From an uncultured archaeon (GTDB lineage Archaea > Iainarchaeota > Iainarchaeia > Iainarchaeales > GCA-2688035), in contig CAYHBD010000044.1 in NCBI GenBank assembly GCA_964354805.1, forward strand, positions 1-16,686: a stretch of 16,686 nucleotides of DNA, written 5' to 3'. The notes under the pieces were generated by a model. The model was given only the letters and a program-made list of their open reading frames with translations. It did no database searches and was not told the origin of the DNA. Positions 8,118 through 15,567 of this stretch are shown piece by piece. Every line of letters starts with the position of its first letter. Position 1 is the stretch's first letter. Made by a program: the position numbers and the translations under genes.

Positions 8118-9116
8118 TTATTTTTTCTTTTTCTCAAAGCTTTTGATTGCAGCTTCAATCTCGCCTTCGTTCTCCCTGAGCTCTGGCTTTATGTAATCCA
8201 GGCCGATTGCGTTGTAAACATCTTCCTCTGTTTTGCTTGCAATCACTTTGCTGCCCTTGAAAACACCGTATTCGCTCAGCTTCAGGCCCTTTTTCATTGC
8301 AATCTTCCTCAAGGCAATCGAGTGCGCTTTGCTCCCTGTGAAATATTGGAGGGCGCTGCCCCACTGCGCTGGCTTGACAACCCGCAAATCACTTTGCACT
8401 CCATTTTGCAGCACAACACTGCTCTTTGTTTCACCGCTTGCAATCACTTTCTTAACAGAAGGCATTGAAACAAAAGCCTTCGAAACAATATCGGGCTTAT
8501 CCGATGCAACCAGAATGTCAATGTCACCGATTGTTGGCCTTCTTCTCCTCAGGCTGCCTGCTGCCTCAACTCTTTCAGCTTCTTTCAGCTTGCGCAGCCT
8601 TTCAACAATTTCGTTTGCAACAGACAATGCAACTGAAAGCGGAATCCTCTCACTCTTCACTCCGTTTGCCGCAACAGCTTTCAGTATCTCCTGCTCGCTT
8701 TTCTCTGCAAAGCCCCTCAGGCCTGCAATCTTGTGCTGTTCTGCCGCTTTTTTCAAATCCTTGAGATTCCTGATGCCCAATTCTTTGTACAAAACCATTA
8801 ATTTTTTTGGACCCAAGCCTGGAACAGTTTCAAGCTCATCCAAATTTATGGGCAGACTTTTTCGCAGCTTTTCATAGTGCTTAAGCTTTCCTGTTTTGAC
8901 CATTTCCTCAATCTTTTTCGCAAGCGCCTCCCCAACCCCCGGAATCTCCTCAAGCGCCTTCAGACCGCCCTGCATATAAATCTGCTCAACCGGCTTCCCA
9001 AGCGCTTCAATCGCGTTTGCGGCAGCCCTGTATGCGCGTGGCTTCCACTGCACACCCTGCATTTCAAGCATGTCCGCGATTTTGTAAAAAATTGCTGCAA
9101 TCTCCTCATTATGCAT
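8118..9116 (-). CDS. polX: DNA polymerase X family (8-kDa/HhH plus nucleotidyltransferase core), no PHP domain
   Basis: AYRAAA, IPGVG and VPGLGPK (HhH), GSLRR, GDIDIL, DLRVV, YFTGS and PELRE. ATG 9116 overlaps the upstream stop (ATGCATAA). Confidence 0.92.
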   Translation of the reverse strand: MHNEEIAAIFYKIADMLEMQGVQWKPRAYRAAANAIEALGKPVEQIYMQGGLKALEEIPGVGEALAKKIEEMVKTGKLKHYEKLRKSLPINLDELETVPGLGPKKLMVLYKELGIRNLKDLKKAAEQHKIAGLRGFAEKSEQEILKAVAANGVKSERIPLSVALSVANEIVERLRKLKEAERVEAAGSLRRRRPTIGDIDILVASDKPDIVSKAFVSMPSVKKVIASGETKSSVVLQNGVQSDLRVVKPAQWGSALQYFTGSKAHSIALRKIAMKKGLKLSEYGVFKGSKVIASKTEEDVYNAIGLDYIKPELRENEGEIEAAIKSFEKKKK

Positions 9117-10056
9117 TTTTTCTTTCACTCGCCTTTTTCTTCGCTCCTGCAATTAATTTATTCAGTTGTGGAAAAGAAAAATCTTTCCATTGCACCCACC
9201 TTGTGGGACCGTTCTTTTCATATGCCAGGAGCACCATTGGCTTTTCTCCCTGCATTTCAGCTGCTGTGCAGACCTTTTTGTGCAGCTGCTTTGCTCTTTT
9301 GTACACCTCATAATAAAGCTGCGGATATCTGTAGTCCCGCAGCAGGTGGTGGTCAATCACATACCATTTGCATTTTGTGCGCTCGATTATTCTGATTGTG
9401 TTCTGCAATGCCTTTTTGAAGTTTGAAAAGCTTGCCACATACCCAAGCAAATAAGAGGGGAAGCCGTCCATTATCAAGTAAGTCGGCTTTTCTTTAATTA
9501 TCAAATTCGCCTGCTCCCTTAAATAAACCCCGTTCAAATCGCTTGTGTACAGCAATTTTTCTTTTCCGTGCTGCACGCTCACCATTATCACATAGCCAAG
9601 GCTTGTTCCCTTCGGGCCGTGCCACAATGGCTTTGAGAATTTTATTTTTGTTTTGCCAAATTCAAACCGCTTGCCATCAGCGAACTCAATTCTTTTCGGC
9701 AATCCTGCAATTTTTTCAACGAATTCCTTTGCCCTTGCTTTCTGCGAGTGATTGATTTTCCGCGTTGGATGCTTCAACAGCAGAAACTTGTTGCCGTACA
9801 AGCGCTTGTCCCTGTCGCAGATGTGGTGGTCGTAGTGGTAGTGGGTTATTACTACTGCATCGCTCTGTGCGCAGGCTTTCCTTATTCTTTCATCATATTT
9901 GCCCACAAGATCATAGCGTTCCCTGCGCGGCAGCGGAAACGAATCAACCTCATCTGCAATCCCAGGGTCGATTGTAATTGTTGTATCTGGTGTCTTCACT
10001 TGAGTGCAGCTGCTTTTCACTCCGAAACTGTCAAATGCAATGAAATTTATTTTCAT
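9109..10056 (-). CDS. UPF0282/COG2248-like metallo-beta-lactamase-fold hydrolase
   Basis: DSFGVKS, IDPG, THYHYDH, HG, YTSD, DG.P.YL and DHHLLRD motifs. Confidence 0.85.
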   Translation of the reverse strand: MKINFIAFDSFGVKSSCTQVKTPDTTITIDPGIADEVDSFPLPRRERYDLVGKYDERIRKACAQSDAVVITHYHYDHHICDRDKRLYGNKFLLLKHPTRKINHSQKARAKEFVEKIAGLPKRIEFADGKRFEFGKTKIKFSKPLWHGPKGTSLGYVIMVSVQHGKEKLLYTSDLNGVYLREQANLIIKEKPTYLIMDGFPSYLLGYVASFSNFKKALQNTIRIIERTKCKWYVIDHHLLRDYRYPQLYYEVYKRAKQLHKKVCTAAEMQGEKPMVLLAYEKNGPTRWVQWKDFSFPQLNKLIAGAKKKASERKNA

Positions 10057-10062
10057 CAAAGG

Positions 10063-10121
10063 AATTTACCTCAACAGGGCTTTTCATTTATTTGAAAGCA
10101 TGCAAGGCAAATTTACCTCAA
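10063..10121. repeat. Direct repeat AATTTACCTCAA x2 (period 47) at a gene junction
   Basis: Exact 12-mer at 10063-10074 and 10110-10121, with similar flanks (aagg before, gcttttc after). It contains the SD-like GAGGT on the minus strand. Confidence 0.75.
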
Positions 10122-10454
10122 GCCAGCTTTTCTTTTGTCAAACATGTCAGCGCAGCGCTGGGAGCAGAAGGTGAACAACTTGTCATTTACCTCTTTTTCA
10201 ATAACCTTTTCAGGGTCAATGTCCTTGCCGCATGTGCTGCACACGCCTTCCTCAGTGTCCTCATAGCCTTCCATAAAGCCTGCTTCGCCACTACTTATTT
10301 CATCGTCTGCAAGCTGTTCCTCGGTGTCCTCTTTTTTGTAAATGTCCTCGTCTTCTCGCTCAATCTCTTCCTCTTTCCGCCCCTTTTTCCTGATTCGCTC
10401 ATCTTTCTCTGTTTTGTCAATCCATTTTTCTGTCTTTGCTTTTTTTGTTGCCAT
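10113..10454 (-). CDS. Small acidic protein with a C-terminal TRASH/YHS-like Cys metal-binding domain
   Basis: CSTCG...FTFCSQRC; Asp/Glu-rich centre; SD GGAGGTG upstream of ATG 10454. Confidence 0.8.
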   Translation of the reverse strand: MATKKAKTEKWIDKTEKDERIRKKGRKEEEIEREDEDIYKKEDTEEQLADDEISSGEAGFMEGYEDTEEGVCSTCGKDIDPEKVIEKEVNDKLFTFCSQRCADMFDKRKAGLR

Positions 10455-10577
10455 TTGCACACCTCCGAATAAAAAATCTACTAAAATTATTAATTTTTCT
10501 GAATAAAAAATGAATCGTTAAGCAATTTTTGGATTAAAGGTTATTTAATTAAGTCTTTCTAAATAAAAGAATACAAT

Positions 10578-11153
10578 ATGGGCGTTTACAGCACTATTCT
10601 GCGAAGAAGAACAATCCGGCGCTTTCAAGCGAAAGCAGTTCCATTCTCTGTCCTTAAAAAATGCGTTAATGCAGCAAGGCTGAGCCCAAGCGCCAGGAAC
10701 ACGCAGCAGCTTGAGTTCATTGCAGTCAATGAAAAAAGGCAGGTTGCAATGCTGAACGAATCAGTGAATTTCGGCGGTGTTGTAAAGGAAAAAGGCAGGG
10801 TCAAGGGAGAAGAAGCCAAGGCATTCATTGCAATAATCGCGAGAAAAGAAAAGCTGAGCGAGTACACCAACACAGATGTCGGGATTGCGGCCGAGGCAAT
10901 TGCCCTTGTGGCTTTGGAATCAGGAGTTGCCTCTTGCATTATGGGCTCAATCCAGAGGGAGCGCATTAAAGGCATTTTGGGCATTCCAAATGAATTCGAG
11001 GTGTCCCTTGTAATCGCACTGGGCTATCCCAAGGAAAAGCCTGCTGTAGAAAAACCAAGAGGCAACGATTTGTTTTACTGGATTGACGAAAAGGAAAGGC
11101 TGCACGTGCCAAAGCGCGCATTGGAAGAAGTAATGCATAAGAACAGGTTTTGA
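10578..11153 (+). CDS. Nitroreductase family protein
   Basis: RRTIRRF, ARLSPSARNTQ, DVGIAA, GVASCIMG, IALGYP and PKR motifs. Confidence 0.92.
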   Translation: MGVYSTILRRRTIRRFQAKAVPFSVLKKCVNAARLSPSARNTQQLEFIAVNEKRQVAMLNESVNFGGVVKEKGRVKGEEAKAFIAIIARKEKLSEYTNTDVGIAAEAIALVALESGVASCIMGSIQRERIKGILGIPNEFEVSLVIALGYPKEKPAVEKPRGNDLFYWIDEKERLHVPKRALEEVMHKNRF

Positions 11154-11180
11154 TTATAAAGCCATTCAAAACAAAAATTT

Positions 11181-11188
11181 TTTAAATA
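11181..11188 (+). promoter_or_regulatory. TATA box for the leaderless HTH gene 1
   Basis: TTTAAATA lies 23-30 nt upstream of ATG 11211, with an A-rich BRE-like stretch upstream. Confidence 0.5.
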
Positions 11189-11210
11189 AAAAAAACACAC
11201 GGTATTTTCT

Positions 11211-11729
11211 ATGCCAAGGCAAATTAGGTCGGAAAAAATATTGTACAGGAAGCGCTTTGTAGCAAAAGCCATAGGCTACACAAATGCAACAGAAAAACAG
11301 ATTGCAGCAAGGCTCGGAATCACAGAAAGCGGTGTAAGCAGAATTGCAAAGAAACAGGGTGTTAAAAGAAAATATCCTTTAAAAACCGGTCCAAAAGGGC
11401 AATTTCAAAGCAGGTTAGGAAAAATATTGAATAGCCAGCGCTTTGTAGCAAAGGCAATTGGCTACACCAGGGCAACGCAGAAACAAATAGCAGCAAGGCT
11501 TGGAATCACAGAAAGGCATGTAAGAAGAATTGCAAAGCAGGTTGGTGCTGTAAGAAGGTATCCCCCAAAAAGAGGGCCAAAGGGGCCGAGCCGAAGGAGA
11601 TTATTAACAGCCGATGAAAAAAACAGAATAAGAGAACTTAGAGCAAAAAAAGGCTTGAGCGAACAAAGGCTGGCAGAACTTTTTGGCCGTTCACAGCCGG
11701 CAATTCACAATGTTTTAAAGCATCAGTAA
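11211..11729 (+). CDS. Basic triple helix-turn-helix DNA-binding protein (two 62-aa repeats plus a C-terminal HTH)
   Basis: AT.KQIAARLGITE..V.RIAK occurs twice, then LT.DEK.RIREL..KKGLSEQRLAELFGRSQPAIHNVL. Confidence 0.85.
   Translation: MPRQIRSEKILYRKRFVAKAIGYTNATEKQIAARLGITESGVSRIAKKQGVKRKYPLKTGPKGQFQSRLGKILNSQRFVAKAIGYTRATQKQIAARLGITERHVRRIAKQVGAVRRYPPKRGPKGPSRRRLLTADEKNRIRELRAKKGLSEQRLAELFGRSQPAIHNVLKHQ
11233..11586 (+). repeat. Intragenic 186-nt-period tandem repeat (2 copies)
   Basis: AGCGCTTTGTAGCAAA at 11251 and 11437; GCAGCAAGGCTyGGAATCACAGAAAG in both copies. Confidence 0.9.
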
Positions 11730-11801
11730 ATTGCTCGAGTAATGAAACTGTTTGAAGATATCTTTAAATATTAGCTTTTCCTTTATTTCACGAGTGATTC
11801 A

Positions 11802-12389
11802 ATGAAATTATTTGCCTTAGTTGCAGCTCTGCTGTTGGTTTTTGCTTTTTCGGGCTGCTTGCAGCCGCAGACACCGGAGGAAAAGGCAAAGGCAATTGCG
11901 GGCAAATTGCCGGAAATCCAGGTGATTTCAGGGCTTGTTGACAGCATGGCGAACATGGACAAATGCACTGTAGACAAGTTGTTGGCTGGCTACAAGCAGT
12001 TAGCGGAAAGCCAGGGGCAGCAGATGCCTGAGCTTACGGCTGAGCAGCGAGCCCAAATGGAGCAAATGCTTGAAAAAGCGCGCCAATTCAGCACAACCTG
12101 CAAGCCAAGCATGACAAGCAGGGTTGAAAAGCAGTCGGAAAACAACTACAGGGTTTTCTATAAATTGGATGTAGCAACACACACAGAATGCCAGGCGTTT
12201 AGCCAATCATCAGAACTGGAGGTAAGTGTTGATCTTTCAAAAGAAACAGCCTCTTTGGAGGGCACAACCGCAGGCAGCTTTGATGCAGCGGCCTTTGAAC
12301 AGGCAAAGATAGCATTAGATACACTCGGCGACTGCGCCGGCCTCATATTCTATTCAATGAACATGGCAACTTCCATAACACCAGCTTAA
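11802..12389 (+). CDS. Lipoprotein of unknown function
   Basis: MK plus hydrophobic stretch plus FSG-C lipobox; four Cys in the mature region; TTTAAATA at 11763-11770 upstream. Confidence 0.8.
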   Translation: MKLFALVAALLLVFAFSGCLQPQTPEEKAKAIAGKLPEIQVISGLVDSMANMDKCTVDKLLAGYKQLAESQGQQMPELTAEQRAQMEQMLEKARQFSTTCKPSMTSRVEKQSENNYRVFYKLDVATHTECQAFSQSSELEVSVDLSKETASLEGTTAGSFDAAAFEQAKIALDTLGDCAGLIFYSMNMATSITPA

Positions 12390-12444
12390 GTAGCAGAAAC
12401 ATGCCGGAAAAGCAACAAATCAAGCAATGGCACACAAGCAATAA

Positions 12445-12451
12445 TTTATAT
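12445..12451 (+). promoter_or_regulatory. TATA box for the leaderless HTH gene 2
   Basis: TTTATAT lies about 25-31 nt upstream of ATG 12476. Confidence 0.5.
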
Positions 12452-12475
12452 TCTTCGAAGCAGGTAACTATTATT

Positions 12476-12940
12476 ATGACCAGACGCCCACCGGGCAATA
12501 TTGCCAACCAAAGGCGAAAAGCTGTTAAGCAAGCTTTGCAAACTGGGGGTCCTTCCAAAAAAGCCCTATCTGTCAAGCTTGGAATCACGCTTAGGAGGGT
12601 ATACCAGATTGCCAAAGAACCAGACGAGAACCCCCAGTGGAGAAGTCAGAGGTTTGTTGCAAAAGCTCTTAGATACACTAGGGCAACGCACGCTCAGATT
12701 GCCGAAAGAGCCGGAACAACCCCAAGACAGGTCAACAGAATTGCAAAGAGGGATGGCATAAAAAGAAAGTACCCCCTCAAGACAGGCCCAAAGATCGGTT
12801 CCAAGAGGGAAAATCTTACAAAAGAACAAGTAGCCAAAATCAGGCAACTAGGCAAAAACGGGAAAATAAGCCAAACACAGCTGGCGAAAATGTTCAATGT
12901 TACACAGCCATGCATCAACCGGATTCTGAGAAAGGGATAA
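12476..12940 (+). CDS. Basic triple-HTH protein, paralogue of 11211-11729
   Basis: Shares SQRFVAKA..YTRAT..QIA.R.G.T...V.RIAK..G.KRKYPLKTGPK and a C-terminal LT.EQ..IRQL...SQ..LA..F..TQP.I..IL. Start moved to ATG 12476 based on TATA spacing. Confidence 0.85.
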   Translation: MTRRPPGNIANQRRKAVKQALQTGGPSKKALSVKLGITLRRVYQIAKEPDENPQWRSQRFVAKALRYTRATHAQIAERAGTTPRQVNRIAKRDGIKRKYPLKTGPKIGSKRENLTKEQVAKIRQLGKNGKISQTQLAKMFNVTQPCINRILRKG

Positions 12941-13026
12941 ACAAACACGGTTAAAAACAAGCTAGGCATTCCCAAAAATCAGAACCGTGAGCCAAAGCTG
13001 TAATGTAAATTCTAAACAGCTGCGAA

Positions 13027-13968
13027 TCAGTACAACACATCAAAGCATTTTTTTCCTTCAATGCCAAGCAGGAATTCGTAGCGCGCATCAACGAATTCTT
13101 GTATTTGTTTTACCTCTGCCTCGCTCAAGTGCTTAAAGCGCCCCTGCGTTTGCAGATAATCTTTCACTGGCTTTGCATTCTGTTTTTCAATTTTCTGGTT
13201 GAAGTGCAGAACCCCGTTCTCTATTTCATACAACGGGAAAACCTTTGTCTGGACAGCCAGCCTGCATAATTCAATTGAAAGAGCAGGCTCCGAATGCCAT
13301 CCTGTTGGACAGGGAGTGAATGCGAGAATGAAAGAAGGGCCCTCTGTTGCAAGCGCCTTCTGCACCTTTTTATGCAAATCAATTATGTTTGCCAGCGTGG
13401 CTGTTGCAACATATTTTATTCCGTGAGATGCAACAATCAAGGGCAAGGGCTTTTTCGGCTGCTGCTTTCCATGCACCTTACTGCCGGCAGGCGATGTTGA
13501 AGTACTTGCATACAATGGAGTTGCACCGCTTCTCTGCATTCCGGTGTTTGAATATGCTTCGGTGTCGGTGCAGACATAAGTGAATTTATGCCCTCTTTCA
13601 AGTGCGCCGCTCAAAGCGCCAAAGCCAATGTCAAAGGAAGCGCCGTCTCCTCCGAAAACAAGCAAATTCAAGCCGTCACGCTTTCCCTGCTTTTTTAATG
13701 CAGCATCAATCCCTGATGCAACAGCAGCAGCGTTTTCAAACGCTGAATGAATCCAGGGAATTTTCCAAGCGCTTTCAGGATAAGGGGTTGAAACAACCTC
13801 CATGCAGCCAGTTGCCATTACAGCAATGCTGTTTGGACCGGATGCTTTGACAACGTGCCTTATTGCAAGAGCTTCAGCACAACCAGGGCAGGCCCTGTGG
13901 CCTGATGCAAAGAATTCCTCATAGGGCATGCCCAAAATTTTTCTTTCCTTAACAGCGGTTTCTTTCAC
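13027..13968 (-). CDS. porB: Pyruvate/2-oxoacid:ferredoxin oxidoreductase beta subunit
   Basis: GHRACPGC, ATGC, GGDG TPP motif, YSNTGMQRS and PCPTGW. GTG 13968 chosen as start (TTG 13977 is the alternative). Substrate (pyruvate vs ketoisovalerate) is not resolved. Confidence 0.93.
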   Translation of the reverse strand: MKETAVKERKILGMPYEEFFASGHRACPGCAEALAIRHVVKASGPNSIAVMATGCMEVVSTPYPESAWKIPWIHSAFENAAAVASGIDAALKKQGKRDGLNLLVFGGDGASFDIGFGALSGALERGHKFTYVCTDTEAYSNTGMQRSGATPLYASTSTSPAGSKVHGKQQPKKPLPLIVASHGIKYVATATLANIIDLHKKVQKALATEGPSFILAFTPCPTGWHSEPALSIELCRLAVQTKVFPLYEIENGVLHFNQKIEKQNAKPVKDYLQTQGRFKHLSEAEVKQIQEFVDARYEFLLGIEGKKCFDVLY

Positions 13969-14023
13969 ATTAACCAACCCTTATTTTGCATTCCCCTGTT
14001 CTCTTGCTCTTTCACATTAACCA
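13961..14023. repeat. Exact 16-bp direct repeat TCTTTCACATTAACCA (period 47) at the porA/porB junction
   Basis: Copies at 13961-13976 and 14008-14023. Confidence 0.9.
13965..14015 (-). other. 16-codon mini-ORF bridging porA and porB through GTGA overlaps
   Basis: GTG-KEQENRGMQNKGWLM-TGA; its start overlaps the porA stop and its stop overlaps the porB GTG. Confidence 0.45.
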
Positions 14024-15157
14024 CTCGCCTTTCTGCTTTCCTTCAATCAAATCATCCAATGCCTTGCGCAGGTGCTGCTCTGTAATGTCCCTTCCGCCCA
14101 ATCCGGCAATATAACCGTTTATCTGGATGTCGTTGCAATAAACCGCGCTCCTCACATCCGAAAACAATGGGCCGTCAAAGCCAAGAGAAATGTGCCTGTC
14201 AATTACGGCTGCTCCCTGAAGGTTGTGCATTGCTTCCTGCAGTTCTTTTTTCGGGAAAGGCCTCAATGTTCTTATCCTGATCAATCCCGCTTTTTTCCCT
14301 TCTTTCCTCAATTCATCAACAACGCGCCTTGCCGTTCCACACAAAGTCCCCATTCCAATCAAGGCGTATTCAGCATCATCCATTTTGTACAATTCAAGCA
14401 ATCCATCGCCGTAGCTTCTGCCAAAGCTTTTGCCGAATTCGTTATTCACTTTTTTAATTACATTAATTGAATCAAGCATGGCTTCCTGCTGCTGTTTTTT
14501 GAAGAACATGAAGCTGTTTGGGAAAGCAACCGGTCCAAAAGTCAATGGCCTTTTTGGATCCAGCTTATACAATGGGTTGAAATCAGGGAGGAAAGCGTCA
14601 ACTGCCTTCTGGCCCGGCTCGTCAATTGGCTCAAAAACATGCGATAATGTGAATCCATCAAGGTTTACCATTGCCGGTAATGAAACATTTCTGTCCTCGC
14701 TTATTTTGTATGCCTGGATTACCGTGTCCAATGCCTCCTGGCTTGATTCAACCCAGAATTGAATCCAGCCCTGGTCTCTTGCTGAAACAGCATCGCTGTG
14801 GTCGTTCCAGATGTTTATGGGAGCGCTCAATGTACGATTTGCAACAGCCATTACTGTTGGCAAGCGCATTCCGCTTATTATTGGAAGCATTTCAAACATT
14901 AGTGCAAAGCCCTGGCTGGCGGTTGCAGTGAATGTCCTTGCGCCTGCTGCAGCAGCTCCGCATATTGCTGATGCAGCCGAATGCTCTGATTCAACATCAA
15001 CCATTACAGTATCCAGCTCTCCGTTTGCAACCATCTCAGATATTTTTTCAGGGATGTGCGTGGATGGAGTAATTGGATACATCGGGCAAACCTGCACCCT
15101 ACACAATCTTACAGCTAATGCAACGGCATGCGATGCCTCAACAACTTTTCGCGTCAT
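14012..15157 (-). CDS. porA: Pyruvate/2-oxoacid:ferredoxin oxidoreductase alpha subunit
   Basis: YPITPS, ESEHSA, TATASQG, ANR.LSAP.NIWNDHSD, DGF.LSH and GLGGRD motifs. Confidence 0.95.
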   Translation of the reverse strand: MTRKVVEASHAVALAVRLCRVQVCPMYPITPSTHIPEKISEMVANGELDTVMVDVESEHSAASAICGAAAAGARTFTATASQGFALMFEMLPIISGMRLPTVMAVANRTLSAPINIWNDHSDAVSARDQGWIQFWVESSQEALDTVIQAYKISEDRNVSLPAMVNLDGFTLSHVFEPIDEPGQKAVDAFLPDFNPLYKLDPKRPLTFGPVAFPNSFMFFKKQQQEAMLDSINVIKKVNNEFGKSFGRSYGDGLLELYKMDDAEYALIGMGTLCGTARRVVDELRKEGKKAGLIRIRTLRPFPKKELQEAMHNLQGAAVIDRHISLGFDGPLFSDVRSAVYCNDIQINGYIAGLGGRDITEQHLRKALDDLIEGKQKGEWLM

Positions 15158-15246
15158 TTCCTTCCAACCCCTTGTGCAATTGCATTAATGCAGCCTGGAT
15201 TCATTTCAGCCTCTTGCACAATTGCGTTAATGCAGCTTGAATTCAT
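15154..15246 (-). other. 30-codon mini-ORF bridging porD and porA through ATGA overlaps
   Basis: MNSSCINAIVQEAEMNPGCINAIAQGVGRK*; its ATG overlaps the porD TGA and its TGA overlaps the porA ATG. Confidence 0.5.
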
Positions 15247-15249
15247 TTC
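15171..15249. repeat. 37-nt imperfect direct repeat x2 (period 42) with internal palindromes
   Basis: 15171-15207 vs 15213-15249 differ at 5 positions; copy 1 contains the palindromes TGCAATTGCA and TGCATTAATGCA. Confidence 0.9.
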
Positions 15250-15527
15250 CTTTCAGCCTCTCTTTCAATTGCTTTTGCAGGGCATTCCTTGACGCAGATC
15301 ATGCAGCCCTTGCAGTAATCGTAATCAATACTTATTTCGCCTTTTTCGTTAATTTTTATTGCATTATCCGGGCAGCTTTGCCAGCACTTGTAGCATTTGA
15401 TGCATTTTTCTTTGATCAGCTTTGGCCTAAAAACCCTCCAGGCCCCTGTTTTGCACCTCAGTGTGCTGCCAGGCTCTGTTATTACAGCGCCAATGCTTAT
15501 TTTCATTTCCTCTTCTTTTTTTGCCAT
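15243..15527 (-). CDS. porD: POR delta subunit, 2x[4Fe-4S] ferredoxin-like
   Basis: TGAWRVFRP, CIKCYKCWQSCP and DYDYCKGCMICVKECP; ATG 15527. Confidence 0.93.
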   Translation of the reverse strand: MAKKEEEMKISIGAVITEPGSTLRCKTGAWRVFRPKLIKEKCIKCYKCWQSCPDNAIKINEKGEISIDYDYCKGCMICVKECPAKAIEREAERK

Positions 15528-15567
15528 AAATCTCACTTGCACGCTTCCGCACAGCTTTTTTTTGCCT

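Noticed and set aside
8100-8150. Frameshifted PHP domain after polX
   Set aside because: The downstream minus strand is occupied by the convergent methyltransferase, and no PHP HxH motif remnant was recognised.
8233-8877. 214-aa plus-strand ORF and other long antisense ORFs (e.g. 3032-3553, 6081-6623, 8877-9395, 15237-15770)
   Set aside because: They are shadows of well-supported genes on the opposite strand and have no recognisable motifs.
11233-11586. HTH repeats as a DGR template/variable repeat pair
   Set aside because: Differences include C/G and G/C changes rather than adenine-only ones; both copies are coding; no reverse transcriptase in the window.
11211-12940. HTH genes as IS630/Tc1 transposases or a composite transposon
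   Set aside because: No DDE or resolvase catalytic domain, and no terminal inverted repeats or target duplication found by eye.
12941-13026. Possible ncRNA or tRNA in the convergent intergenic gap
   Set aside because: No cloverleaf or convincing stem; the short AAACACGGT similarity to 11193-11203 is too weak to call.
15171-15249. Palindromic 37-nt repeat as a mini CRISPR array
   Set aside because: Only two imperfect copies separated by 5 nt; no spacer-length unique sequence and no cas genes.
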